Source: Microcoleus sp.
GTDB taxonomy: Bacteria; Cyanobacteriota; Cyanobacteriia; Cyanobacteriales; Microcoleaceae
Assembly (NCBI GenBank): GCA_042408215.1
Contig: JAYFMW010000003.1
Span: 32,001-96,000 of the forward strand
Direction of reading: 5' to 3'
DNA length: 64,000 nt
Part shown: one piece after another, positions 1 to 9,562 of the stretch
Position numbering within the stretch: the first letter of the stretch is position 1
How the letters are laid out: every line of letters begins with the position of its first letter
The notes under the pieces: model-generated
Database searches by the model: none
Told to the model about the DNA's origin: nothing
Seen by the model: only the letters and a program-made list of their open reading frames with translations
Made by a program: the position numbers and the translations under genes

Positions 1-982
1 GCTAATCGAAGCCAACACGATCGCCCAGAATCTCGTCTCTACCGTAGTCGCCCAAAAGCCCAACAGCCCGCAATTTGGTCAACCCATCGACTGTACCCTT
101 GGCAAAGACTGCTTCATTTTGCTGTATTTCGATCGCGATCCCAGCCCCGCCGCCGTTGATTTTGGGTGCGGGCGTCAAACCTACGACGGCCACGACGGCA
201 CTGACTTTGCCATTCCCGACGCAAAAGCAATGGCAAAAGGAGTCCCAGTTATCGCCTCCGCTGCGGGCAAAGTTTTGCGAGTGCGAGATGGTGTGGTCGA
301 TCGACGTTTACAAAACGATACAGACAAAGCCAACATCCAAGGCACTGAATGTGGTAACGGCATGGTAATCGACCACGGCGGCGGTTGGGAAGCCCAATAT
401 TGCCACCTCCGCCAAGGCAGCGTTGCTGTCAAACCAGGGGAGCCCGTGGCCAAAGGCGCAGTTTTGGGGATGGTGGGAAACTCTGGGATGGCATCTTTTC
501 CCCACGTACACGTCACTTTCCGCTATCTTGGCAAAGCTGTAGATCCCTTTGTCGGCCCCGATGCCAAATTGGGCTGCAATGTCGCCCGTCAGCCAATTTG
601 GGACAAGCCTCTAGACTATATTTCTACAGGTTTAATTCGCAGCGGTTTTGCCTCCAAGCCGCCGGACATGAACGCTATTTGGCAAGGACAATTTGCTGAA
701 ACTAAACTACCTCTAAATAGCCCTGCTTTGTTATTTTGGGTGCAAAGTTATGGAGTGCTAAAGGGCGATCGCGAACAATACCAACTATTTGCTCCCAACG
801 GCGAAACCATCGCCAACAACACCAACGAAATCAAAGCCCCCAGCCGCACTTGGTTGGGTTATATTGGCAAAAGAAATAGTACCAATTCTCCTCTGACTCC
901 CGGAGTTTGGCGGGCCCAATATCGGTTAATGCGGGGCGATCGAGTTTTGACCCAAGTAAAGCGAGAAGTCGAATTGCGTTAG
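1..982 (+). CDS. M23 family metallopeptidase (5'-partial; frame open from the window edge)
   Basis: HDGTD and HVH zinc motifs, YCHL. The frame is open from nt 2 (LIEANTIAQ...DCTLGKDCFIL) into ORF 119..982. Confidence 0.85.
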   Translation, partial: LIEANTIAQNLVSTVVAQKPNSPQFGQPIDCTLGKDCFILLYFDRDPSPAAVDFGCGRQTYDGHDGTDFAIPDAKAMAKGVPVIASAAGKVLRVRDGVVDRRLQNDTDKANIQGTECGNGMVIDHGGGWEAQYCHLRQGSVAVKPGEPVAKGAVLGMVGNSGMASFPHVHVTFRYLGKAVDPFVGPDAKLGCNVARQPIWDKPLDYISTGLIRSGFASKPPDMNAIWQGQFAETKLPLNSPALLFWVQSYGVLKGDREQYQLFAPNGETIANNTNEIKAPSRTWLGYIGKRNSTNSPLTPGVWRAQYRLMRGDRVLTQVKREVELR

Positions 983-1061
983 TTAGTTGACTGTTAACTG
1001 TTGACTGTTGGCTGTTAACGGTTAACAGTTGACTGTTAACTGTTGACTGTTAACTGTTGGC
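983..1061. repeat. STRR heptamer tract (GTTAACT/GTTGACT)
   Basis: Tandem 7-mers directly after the stop codon. Confidence 0.85.
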
Positions 1062-1183
1062 AGTTTTCAGAATAACAGGATTTTGATCGTCTCCGTTGAC
1101 TGTTTAATCCTTACAAAAAGCCCCCGTATTCATCTATGAACTCAATCTAAAATCTCAAATCTAAAATCTCAAATCGGACGAGT

Positions 1184-1417
1184 TTAAGGCAAAGTTTCCC
1201 AAGCTTGAGCCACAATGTCGCTCAGCCAGAGCCTTTGAGTCAAATCGAGGAGATTGTCGTCCGCCAGCACCTCAGCCTTTAACTCATCCAAAGACTGAGA
1301 CTGCGATCGAGCTATCTGAACCACGCCCGCGATCGCACAGGCCACCAATTCTTCATTCAGTGGCTGTTGTCGCAAAGCAATCATTTCTTGAGGATTCGTA
1401 GGAATGGGATAATTCAT
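1184..1417 (-). CDS. Small conserved hypothetical protein (MNYPIPTNPQ...)
   Basis: ATG at 1417; plausible helical 77-aa protein. Confidence 0.65.
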   Translation of the reverse strand: MNYPIPTNPQEMIALRQQPLNEELVACAIAGVVQIARSQSQSLDELKAEVLADDNLLDLTQRLWLSDIVAQAWETLP

Positions 1418-1604
1418 GAGATTGCATACCGAAGGGAGTAGATGATCCGACGCCGAGGCCAAACCGAGAGCGATCGAAAACCCAAAAATCTGAGAACATT
1501 GTAAACTTATTTTAAAAGTAAATAAGTATTCGGGAGTATAGCGCACTTTGCTCCCTTGTCAACTCCCCCAGCTTTATGAATTTATTCAGAATAGAGAGCC
1601 TAAA

Positions 1605-3710
1605 ATGCAAGAAATTCTTTATCTAGAAGTCCCGACACCGGATACAGCAGCCGTATGCACTTGGTTGCAGCAGGAATTCGAGCCTGGAATCGGAGAAAAA
1701 ATTATTACTCCTGACGGCTTTCGCCTGCTTTCAACCGCAACAGCCGCCGGGGTTCTCAAGTCGGCCACCCAAATTGCCAATCCAAAATCCACCGTCGCCA
1801 CCTCCAATTCAGTCAGCCACAATCATAAATCCACAGAACTTTCCACATTTGTCTGGTCAGTCCAACGAACCACTTACTTAAAAGTCTTTCGTCTGGAAGA
1901 TGCACCCCCTGGGGAAAGAAAATTCCTCGAATCTCTGAATCAGGGCTTGAGAAACAAGTTCCCTGAGTTATGCCCGGAACCCCCAGCCATAGATCTCTCC
2001 AAACAGTCAATTTTTGAAGCTCTTGCCCCCTATTACCCGCTCACCGTCAAATACTTCCAAAAAATGCCAAAGGGCGAATACGACCTCCAGCGCGTTTACT
2101 GGTGGGAGCAGCGCTGGCGCGAAGGCACTCGCAATCCTCAAAAACCAAAACAAGTAGTGTTTTGGAAGTCAGAGGGAAGTTCGGCAACGGATTCTGTAAC
2201 GGATTTAACGGATGTGACGGTTTATGACTTAATTTATATCGGCGGGGCGTTGGGAGTTATTCATGCCGCCGTCATGGCCAGATTGGGCTACCGGGTGCTG
2301 CTGGTAGAACGAATGCCTTTTGGGCGGATGAATCGCGAGTGGAATATTTCGCGGGACGAAATTCAAAGCTTAATTGATTTGGGTTTGTTTACTGCTGCGG
2401 AAGTGGAAACTTTGATTGCTAGAGAATACAAAGATGGCTATAACAAGTTTTTTGATGCTAACAATCCGAGCTTTGCTAAAGCACCAGTTCTGCACACTCC
2501 CAAGGTACTAAATGTAGCTGTGAATAGTGATAAATTACTGTATTTAGCGGGAGTAAAACTGACAGAAGCTGGTGGCGAAATTTGGGATGAAACCGAGTTG
2601 GTGAGAGCCGATGTAGAGCTTGAAAAAGTTGTGGTTCAGGGCTGCCACTTGCCCACAAAATGCGATCGCACCGTATCGGGACGGCTACTGGTGGATGCGA
2701 TGGGTTCCGCTTCTCCCATAGCTTGGCAATTGAACGAAGGGCGGGCTTTTGACAGCGTGTGTCCGACGGTAGGAGCTGCCATCGATGGAGGATTTGATCC
2801 GGGAGTCTGGGATTCCGAATACGGGGATGTGCTCTACACTCACGGGGACATTTCTCGCGGCCGCCAGCTCATTTGGGAGTTGTTTCCCGGCGCTGGAAAA
2901 GAACTGACAGTTTATCTATTTCACTACCACCAAGTAAATCCTAAAAATCCCGGTTCTTTGCTGGAATTGTACGAGGATTTTTTTGCAATTTTGCCTGAGT
3001 ATCGTCGCTGCGATCTGGATAAATTGGTGTGGAAAAAACCGACTTTTGGTTATATTCCCGGACATTTTAGCACGAACAGCAGCGATCGCGCGGTGGCTTT
3101 CGATCGGCTAATCTCGATCGGCGATGCAGCTTCCCTGCAATCTCCCCTGGTTTTCACTGGTTTCGGCTCTCTGGTTCGCAATCTTTTCCGATTAACAGAC
3201 CTATTAGATACTGCTTTAAAACACAATTTATTGAGTGCAAAGCACTTAAACCAAATTCGTGCTTACCAGAGCAATGTTTCAGTGACTTGGCTGTTTTCTA
3301 AAGGGATGATGGTTCCCACCGGCCTCAGTTTGCCACCCCAAAGGATTAATTCAATTCTCAATACCTTTTTCGGTATTTTAACAGAAGAAGAACTCACCGT
3401 AGCCGAAACTTTTATTAAAGACCGGACGGATTGGTTAACTTTCAATCGGCTGGCCCTGAAAGCTGCTAGAAAAAACCCTTCTCTCCTGCTGTGGATTTTG
3501 GATTTTGTCAGTTTCGGGGATATTTGGCGTTGGCTGGGGAGTTATTTCAGCTTCACTTTGGTGGCTTTAGCGAGTTGGCTATTTGGATGGCTCCCCCAAT
3601 TCGCCCGGAGGATACAGCCTTGGCTGGAACCACGGTATCCGGCTGTTTGGCTGTGGCTGTTGACTAACAGCTATGCCCTAACTTACGGTATGGGACGACC
3701 TCAAAAGTAG
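1605..3710 (+). CDS. cruA: FAD-dependent oxidoreductase, CruA-type lycopene cyclase
   Basis: YDLIYIGGALG FAD motif, IGDAAS...PL.FTGFG motif, ~700 aa with an N-terminal extension. Confidence 0.7.
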   Translation: MQEILYLEVPTPDTAAVCTWLQQEFEPGIGEKIITPDGFRLLSTATAAGVLKSATQIANPKSTVATSNSVSHNHKSTELSTFVWSVQRTTYLKVFRLEDAPPGERKFLESLNQGLRNKFPELCPEPPAIDLSKQSIFEALAPYYPLTVKYFQKMPKGEYDLQRVYWWEQRWREGTRNPQKPKQVVFWKSEGSSATDSVTDLTDVTVYDLIYIGGALGVIHAAVMARLGYRVLLVERMPFGRMNREWNISRDEIQSLIDLGLFTAAEVETLIAREYKDGYNKFFDANNPSFAKAPVLHTPKVLNVAVNSDKLLYLAGVKLTEAGGEIWDETELVRADVELEKVVVQGCHLPTKCDRTVSGRLLVDAMGSASPIAWQLNEGRAFDSVCPTVGAAIDGGFDPGVWDSEYGDVLYTHGDISRGRQLIWELFPGAGKELTVYLFHYHQVNPKNPGSLLELYEDFFAILPEYRRCDLDKLVWKKPTFGYIPGHFSTNSSDRAVAFDRLISIGDAASLQSPLVFTGFGSLVRNLFRLTDLLDTALKHNLLSAKHLNQIRAYQSNVSVTWLFSKGMMVPTGLSLPPQRINSILNTFFGILTEEELTVAETFIKDRTDWLTFNRLALKAARKNPSLLLWILDFVSFGDIWRWLGSYFSFTLVALASWLFGWLPQFARRIQPWLEPRYPAVWLWLLTNSYALTYGMGRPQK

Positions 3711-3802
3711 TGCGTGAGTTTTGAGTTTTGAGTTTTGAGTTAGAATAGTTGAGGTTTAAAACTCTGAAAAACTCATAGCTTTCTAAGTTTTAAATTGCTT
3801 GT

Positions 3803-4120
3803 TTACAGCAGTTCCCGCTGTTATGAAACACGGTAGGGACACTCCAGGAGCCCATTGGTGTCAACTTAACGTCAAACCCTGTCAGAGACTGTTGTTTGAC
3901 GATTAGGCCCAGATCCCCCCTAGCCCCCCTTAAGAAGGGGGGGACAGGAGTCCGATCAAAGTCCCCCTTCTTAAGGGGGATTTAGGGGGATCTAGACTCA
4001 GGTAAAAACCAGATTTCTCAGGGCTTTCAGGCTTAAGTTGACACCAATGGGCTCCTGGAGTGTCCCTACGAGGATTGAACGATAAGTGGGTGTACCTCAT
4101 AACAGCGGTTTCCGCTGTAA
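3803..4120. mobile_element. Nested palindromic repeat/MITE composite
   Basis: Concentric inverted repeats: TTACAGC..CCGCTGTTATGA outer pair, GTAGGGACACTCC REP-like pair, CATTGGTGTCAACTTAA TIR pair, and a central CCCCCTTAAGAAGGGGG hairpin set. Confidence 0.75.
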
Positions 4121-4141
4121 TTCACAACTCATAACTCAAAA

Positions 4142-5467
4142 CTATTTAAAGCTGGGTAATTCAATTTCAGCGAACGATCGCCTTTTTTTTGCAGTATTTC
4201 GCAGAGTGGAAATCGACGCTAGCCAGTTAGGTTCTGTGGCTGTTGTAGGTTGGGTATCACTAAATCGCACTTCTTGAATACCGAATGTTTCAACTGAATT
4301 CAATATTTGAGCAGCCAGGGCTAATTCTTGACTTGCTACTGTGACAGCAGGATTTTCGGGTTCAGACTTAGGGACAGGGAGTTGAGGCTCCGCAGCCCTG
4401 GGATTTGACTCTTGATGCTGGTAAGTGTCTATCTCCTGCAACAGAATGCCGGATGCTTCGGCTAAGGTGTTGAGTTGCTGATTTACCTCTGATTCGAGGC
4501 TGGTTGAGTCTTCGGTTGTCACTTCTGGATGCTGTTGGGTTCGATCGGACCAAGGTTGGACAGGGGAAGGGTTGAAGCTTGGTTGCAGTGGCACGTTTTG
4601 GCTGTTGACGGTGGCGAGCAAGGATTCTAATTGGGCGCTAGCTGTATCATCTGTATTCTCAAGGGGCTCCATACTGGCGATCGAATTTAAATGTGGCATC
4701 TCCAGACTTCTTTCCAAAGCAGCTTTGAATTGCAAGGTGTGGCGCTGCTGACGATGCAAGCGCGATCGCAATTCCCTGCAAACATTTTCCGTGGCTACTA
4801 GCTGCTGCAACTGTTCGTTGTAGCGCTGCATAATAGAGGCACATTCTCGCTCAACAGCCGCTAGCCTGGTTTGGCTAGTTGTCAACTGACTGGTTAAGCT
4901 TTCGACTGACATTTCTTGACCTTGCAGAGTGTGATTGGAAACTTCCAGTTTGCCAAACAGCCGAGTCAATTGTGCTTGAGTGTTTTCGAGTTCTGCATTC
5001 CGCTGTTCTAGCAAAGTTTCGCGAGCCTGCAAGTTTTTTTGGGACTCTTGGAGCGCTGTTTCTAGCTGGGAGATGCGCCCTAAAAGATCGCGGTTGCATT
5101 CGTGCAGCGCTTGCATCAGAGTAACAGGAGTCGATCCTTTGCCCTTAGCCTGTTCAGTAGAAGCAAGCAGATTTTTGAGATGATCTGAAATCGGGGGCGA
5201 ACTGGCAGGAGTTGGCTGTGTCTGAGATGGCAACTTTTTTGTGTCAGGCTTGGTGGGAATTGCATCTACGCTGATGGCGTTGGGAAAATCTACTGTTTCC
5301 CAGTTTTCTTCTGGCTGTTCGGGCTGGAATGTGGGAATATCTGTCCGACGGGGGGCGATCGGCTCAAAGCCCCCGTTAGCAGCAAAATTTGGCTGGAATG
5401 ATTCGATATCGGATCGTACAGCAGGGTGCGGTTCGTGCTGATTGGCTCGAAGATCAGCTTCTGACAT
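4142..5467 (-). CDS. Coiled-coil hypothetical protein
   Basis: 441-aa ORF with a central heptad-rich region ([21 protein letters not shown]). Confidence 0.8.
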   Translation of the reverse strand: MSEADLRANQHEPHPAVRSDIESFQPNFAANGGFEPIAPRRTDIPTFQPEQPEENWETVDFPNAISVDAIPTKPDTKKLPSQTQPTPASSPPISDHLKNLLASTEQAKGKGSTPVTLMQALHECNRDLLGRISQLETALQESQKNLQARETLLEQRNAELENTQAQLTRLFGKLEVSNHTLQGQEMSVESLTSQLTTSQTRLAAVERECASIMQRYNEQLQQLVATENVCRELRSRLHRQQRHTLQFKAALERSLEMPHLNSIASMEPLENTDDTASAQLESLLATVNSQNVPLQPSFNPSPVQPWSDRTQQHPEVTTEDSTSLESEVNQQLNTLAEASGILLQEIDTYQHQESNPRAAEPQLPVPKSEPENPAVTVASQELALAAQILNSVETFGIQEVRFSDTQPTTATEPNWLASISTLRNTAKKRRSFAEIELPSFK

Positions 5468-5595
5468 GGCTTTTTATCCCAATAGTCACAGAGTCTCACC
5501 TACAGTGTATCCCGATCGATTATCCAGCAGGAAGACCCTAGGTGAGAGTTGTGGTCATTTTTCGCATTTTTTCAGGAAAATAGCCTCAAAGGAGA

Positions 5596-5938
5596 GGGGC
5601 ATGGGGCATGGGGCATGGGGCATGGGTAATGGGGAATGGGGAATGGGGAATGGGGAATTGGGAATTGGGAATTGGGAATTGGGAATTGGGAATTGGGAAT
5701 TGGGAATTGGGAATTGGGAATGGGGAATTGGGAATGGGGAATTGGGAATGGGGAATTGGGAATGGGGAATGGGGAATGGGGAATGGGGAATTGGGAATGG
5801 GGAATTGGGAATTGGGAATTGATAACTGCTCATTTGTTATTGGTATCCCCTTACAAATAACCAATAACCAATAACCAATAACCAATAACCAATAACCAAT
5901 AACCAATAACCAATGACTAATGACTAATGACTAATGAC
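5596..5938. repeat. STRR tracts (GGGCATG, GGGAATT/GGGAATG, ACCAATA, ACTAATG)
   Basis: Dozens of tandem heptamers. Confidence 0.95.
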
Positions 5939-5946
5939 TTCCTCCA

Positions 5947-6582
5947 CTATTTAACTGTAAAATGTTGATCGATTAGTGCTGGAATTTCGGCTGGTTTGAT
6001 GCGACTGTAGCGAGTTTTGTCTGGCATCACAACTATATTTGGCCCGGCTTTACACTGCTTGAGACATCCGGTTCCTTGAACAGTAACTGGCCCTGCTAAA
6101 CCGCGAGAATTTAAAGCATTTTCTAAAGCTTTACATACTGCTGCGCCGCCGCGTTTCTGGCAGTCTGATTTTTGACATACTAATATTTTTCCTTTAATTT
6201 TAGCCGGATTTACCGCTGTTTGAGATGCTGTGCGAGAGTGGATTTCGCGATCGGATGTTAAAGTTGCAACAGGTGTATTTTTGGTGTCTACCTGTGGCTG
6301 TGCTGGATTCTCGCTCTCTGAGAGTTTGAGGCTGTAGGCTTTGAGTTTAATTTTCCCATTTTTCAAGTTATGCTGTTTCTCGCCTGCAACTTTCACCCTC
6401 AATCCCGGCGTCAAAACTAGAGATAGAGATGTCCGCAATTCCTTACACAGTTTGACAAGGTATTCTATTCCGCGATCGCCACTAATTCGCAAATATTTAA
6501 GTTTGTCACCATCTTCAAATATCTGGCTCAGGATTTTTCCCTCTAAGCTAAACTCTGAAACTTGCTTGCAAGAATTATACAT
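5947..6582 (-). CDS. Thioredoxin-like (2Fe-2S) ferredoxin domain protein
   Basis: C-terminal VCQKSDC...GCLKQCKAGPN cysteine pattern. Confidence 0.85.
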   Translation of the reverse strand: MYNSCKQVSEFSLEGKILSQIFEDGDKLKYLRISGDRGIEYLVKLCKELRTSLSLVLTPGLRVKVAGEKQHNLKNGKIKLKAYSLKLSESENPAQPQVDTKNTPVATLTSDREIHSRTASQTAVNPAKIKGKILVCQKSDCQKRGGAAVCKALENALNSRGLAGPVTVQGTGCLKQCKAGPNIVVMPDKTRYSRIKPAEIPALIDQHFTVK

Positions 6583-6732
6583 GATTATGGTTCCTTTGTT
6601 GACTGTTCGGTAAAAATTATCAAGGATTCTCTAAAGCCATTCCTAAAAAGTTTTGCCGCCCGCATAGCTGCTTTCTGCCTTCTGGAGATTTGCCCCATTT
6701 TCAGGAAACCTTGAGGACGATCGTCTTTTTAA

Positions 6733-6762
6733 AGCATAACGCAAATGCTAATAATTCTCAAT
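6733..6762 (-). promoter_or_regulatory. Sigma70-type promoter overlapped by a Fur-box-like palindrome
   Basis: Minus strand TTGAGA-17 nt-TATGCT; TGAGAAT-T-ATTAGCA 7-1-7 imperfect palindrome upstream of the Fe-S protein gene. Confidence 0.5.
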
Positions 6763-6867
6763 AGGTTTTGTAAAAAATTTTGCTACTGAGACTCAGAGTG
6801 CATTAAAACCCTGATCCTCCTCCCTCTTCGCGCCCTGAGCGACGAAAGCGGTTCGCGCTCTGAGCCC

Positions 6868-6906
6868 CAAAAAAAAGCGAGCAGTTTTGTGACTGCCCGC
6901 TTTTTT
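6868..6906. terminator. Intrinsic terminator after chlP (possibly bidirectional)
   Basis: A-run, GCGAGCAGT...ACTGCCCGC hairpin, T-run. Confidence 0.75.
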
Positions 6907-6927
6907 ATACAATGTGCGTTAGCGCAA

Positions 6928-8148
6928 TTAAGGCGCTAAAGCACTGCCGCGCAACAGACTACCAATGGTTTTGGCGGTAATCTTCATTTGCACGAAAGGA
7001 TTTGCCGGCACTACGGTCTTATACAAGTAGCTATCGAATGTGAGTTTCTGCACATCGCGATCGGCACACATTTCCACAAAAGCTTCGCGAGTAGCATCGG
7101 AACGGTAGAACACTCGTTGCAAAATGTCAAGCACTTTGTAAGTAATCCCGTAAGCTTTATCCCACCGCTTCAGGTAAATCTTAATTTCCTCTTCAGTAGG
7201 AATGCGCGCGCCTTTATTGGAAATCTCCACAATAGTTTCCGCGCACATCCGGCCAGACTTCGCAGCAAAATAGATACCTTCGCCCGAAGACTTGGTAACA
7301 TAACCTGCCGCATCGCCTACGAGAGCAACTCGGCCGACAACCCGGCGAGGACGCGGATGTTCTGGGATGGGGTGAGCTTCCACTTTAATAATCTCACCGC
7401 CCATGAGTTTTTTGGCAGCGCGGGCGCGAACCCCTGCTTGTAGCTTTTTGATACTGGCTTGATTGACTTTCATCGTACCGGTACCGACGGCTACGTGGTC
7501 GTATTTGGGGAACACCCAAGCGTAGAAATCGGTAGATACGTCATCGCCGACGTACATTTCGGCTAAGTCGTGGTAGTAAGCCATTTTATCTTCCGGCAGA
7601 CGGATGCGTTCTTGGAAGGCGATCGCATAATTGTAATCACCAGCATCGATCGCCTTGGCTACGCGGGAGTTAGCACCGTCAGCCCCAATCACCAAATCCA
7701 CTTTCAGAGTTTTCTGAATTCCCATTGCCGCGCCGTTGGAGTGATCGGCGTAGTGGAGAATGTAGGGGTCTGTGTTGTTGGCGGGAAGCTCTAATGTGTG
7801 AACGGTGCCGTTAATTAGTTTGGCACCCAAGGAAGCCGCCCGATCGCGCAAGAAACCATCGAGCACTTCTCGGCGGCACATACCGATGTATTCGTGGGCG
7901 TTTTCGATGTTGATGTCCACCTCGACATTGGAGGGGGAAATCATCTTCATTTTTCTGACTTGACGGTCTATAATGCTTTGCGGCAAGTCAAATTCCTGTA
8001 CCATGCACAGGGGAATCGCCCCGCCACAGGGTTTGGCGTAGTCTAATTTGCGCTCGAATAGGTATGTTTCGATTCCTGCTTTTACGAGTGTTTCGGCGGC
8101 GGAAGAACCCGCAGGGCCTGAACCTACTACTGCAACCCTTAGTGTCAA
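6928..8148 (-). CDS. chlP: Geranylgeranyl reductase
   Basis: LRVAVVGSGPAGSSAA, AKPCGGAIPLC, GEGIYFAAKSGR; likely TTG start at 8148. Confidence 0.95.
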   Translation of the reverse strand: MTLRVAVVGSGPAGSSAAETLVKAGIETYLFERKLDYAKPCGGAIPLCMVQEFDLPQSIIDRQVRKMKMISPSNVEVDINIENAHEYIGMCRREVLDGFLRDRAASLGAKLINGTVHTLELPANNTDPYILHYADHSNGAAMGIQKTLKVDLVIGADGANSRVAKAIDAGDYNYAIAFQERIRLPEDKMAYYHDLAEMYVGDDVSTDFYAWVFPKYDHVAVGTGTMKVNQASIKKLQAGVRARAAKKLMGGEIIKVEAHPIPEHPRPRRVVGRVALVGDAAGYVTKSSGEGIYFAAKSGRMCAETIVEISNKGARIPTEEEIKIYLKRWDKAYGITYKVLDILQRVFYRSDATREAFVEMCADRDVQKLTFDSYLYKTVVPANPFVQMKITAKTIGSLLRGSALAP

Positions 8149-8296
8149 AGCTTTTCTCCCCAGTTTTTTTCTATAGGCATTACTCATGTTTGATGGTATC
8201 ACGGAGTTGGGATGGGGTGGGGTTACGAAGGGGAGATTTAAATGAAATGCAACAGAGCTTAACAGTTCGATACGAAAATCGCATATTTAAGAGCGA

Positions 8297-8804
8297 CGCA
8301 CTCCCACCCAAGAAACCGGGTTTTTATCGAGATTAAGGGCTATAAACCAGTAGTTTCGTCAAAAACCCGGTTTCTGAGTCCCCGCACTCCCACCCAAGAA
8401 ACCGGGTTTTTATCGAGATTAAAGGCTATAAACCAGTATTTTCGTCAAAAACCCGGTTTCTGAGTCCCCGCACTCCCACCCAAGAAACCGGGTTTTTATC
8501 GAGATTAAAGGCTATAAACCAGTATTTTCGTCAAAAACCCGGTTTCTGAGTCCCCGCACTCCCACCCAAGAAACCGGGTTTTTATCGAGATTAAGGGCTA
8601 TAAACCAGTATTTTCGTCAAAAACCCGGTTTCTGAGTCCCCGCACTCCCACCCAAGAAACCGGGTTTTTATCGAGATTAAGGACTATAAACCAGTATTTT
8701 CGTCAAAAACCCGGTTTCTGAGTCCCCGCACTCCCACCAAGAAACCGGGTTTTTACCAAGATTAAGGGCTATAAACCAGTATTTTCGCAAAAACCCGGTT
8801 TCTG
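8297..8804. repeat. Six tandem copies of an 86-bp palindromic unit
   Basis: Units start at 8297, 8383, 8469, 8555, 8641 and 8727; each has inverted arms AGAAACCGGGTTTTT...AAAAACCCGGTTTCT. Confidence 0.95.
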
Positions 8805-8806
8805 CC

Positions 8807-9002
8807 GATTGGTGACAACTTAATACTGAACCCACAATAAATGTTGCTTTTAGGCAAAATCTAGATCCCCCTAAATCCCCCTGATTGTTGGGGGACGAAA
8901 TATCGGACTCTTGTCCCCCCCTTATTAAGGGGGGTTAGGGGGGATCTAGACTTTGATACAAACAACAGAGACTGTCGGTTTGACATTAAGTTGTCACCAA
9001 TG
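8807..9002. mobile_element. MITE with ATTGGTGACAACTTAA terminal inverted repeats and a 9-bp target duplication
   Basis: TIRs at both ends, GTTTCTGCC repeated on each flank; same family as 3852-4049. Confidence 0.8.
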
Positions 9003-9063
9003 GTTTCTGCCTAACTCTGAATCAGTTACATTTAACTTAGTTAGACATATATCTAAAATTCTT

Positions 9064-9456
9064 ATGCTCGGTAATTTTCAACAAAGCAACCTGCGGATTG
9101 AGCTTGAAGCTTCGGAAACAGCGATTCGGGATAGCTTACTGCGTCCAGCTCAATTGCAGCAATGGCTGTGGCCGCAACAGTTGTCTAAAGGCTTACCAGA
9201 AGAATTTACTCAAGGTTTGACCTTTACGAGTTGGCTGGGCCCGGTGGCTGTTCAGCATCACGTTGATATTGCTGAGCCGAATTGTCTGCGGCTGATATTG
9301 AGTCAGGGAATTGACGGGTTTCACGAGTGGTATTGGGGCGATGGTTGGGTGCAGTCTCGGTTGGAGGGAGTGTCGCTGTTGCCGCTGAATTTGGGACAAA
9401 CGGCTAGTTTGTTGCGGCTGCGGGAGTTTTTGGCGGCGAAGGGAAAGGCGAAGTAG
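9064..9456 (+). CDS. Conserved hypothetical protein (possibly SRPBCC-like)
   Basis: ATG at 9064 (MLGNFQQSNLRIE...DGFHEWYWGDGWVQSRLEG). Confidence 0.7.
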   Translation: MLGNFQQSNLRIELEASETAIRDSLLRPAQLQQWLWPQQLSKGLPEEFTQGLTFTSWLGPVAVQHHVDIAEPNCLRLILSQGIDGFHEWYWGDGWVQSRLEGVSLLPLNLGQTASLLRLREFLAAKGKAK

Positions 9457-9562
9457 ACTTTCTACTCAACTAAGCAAAATTCCCTATTTCTTAGTCCGCG
9501 CAGGCGGACTTTGTTTGTGTAGACGCGGTTTCAACCGCCGAGTCATCTGTTAACGTGAGCGA

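Noticed and set aside
5442..5906. ORFs of GNWELGI/FPIPNS type (also 22069-22347, 27994-28728, 40152-40404)
   Set aside because: These are translations of STRR heptamer tracts, not genes.
8297..8804. CRISPR array
   Set aside because: The would-be spacers are nearly identical and no cas genes are present; it is a tandem repeat.
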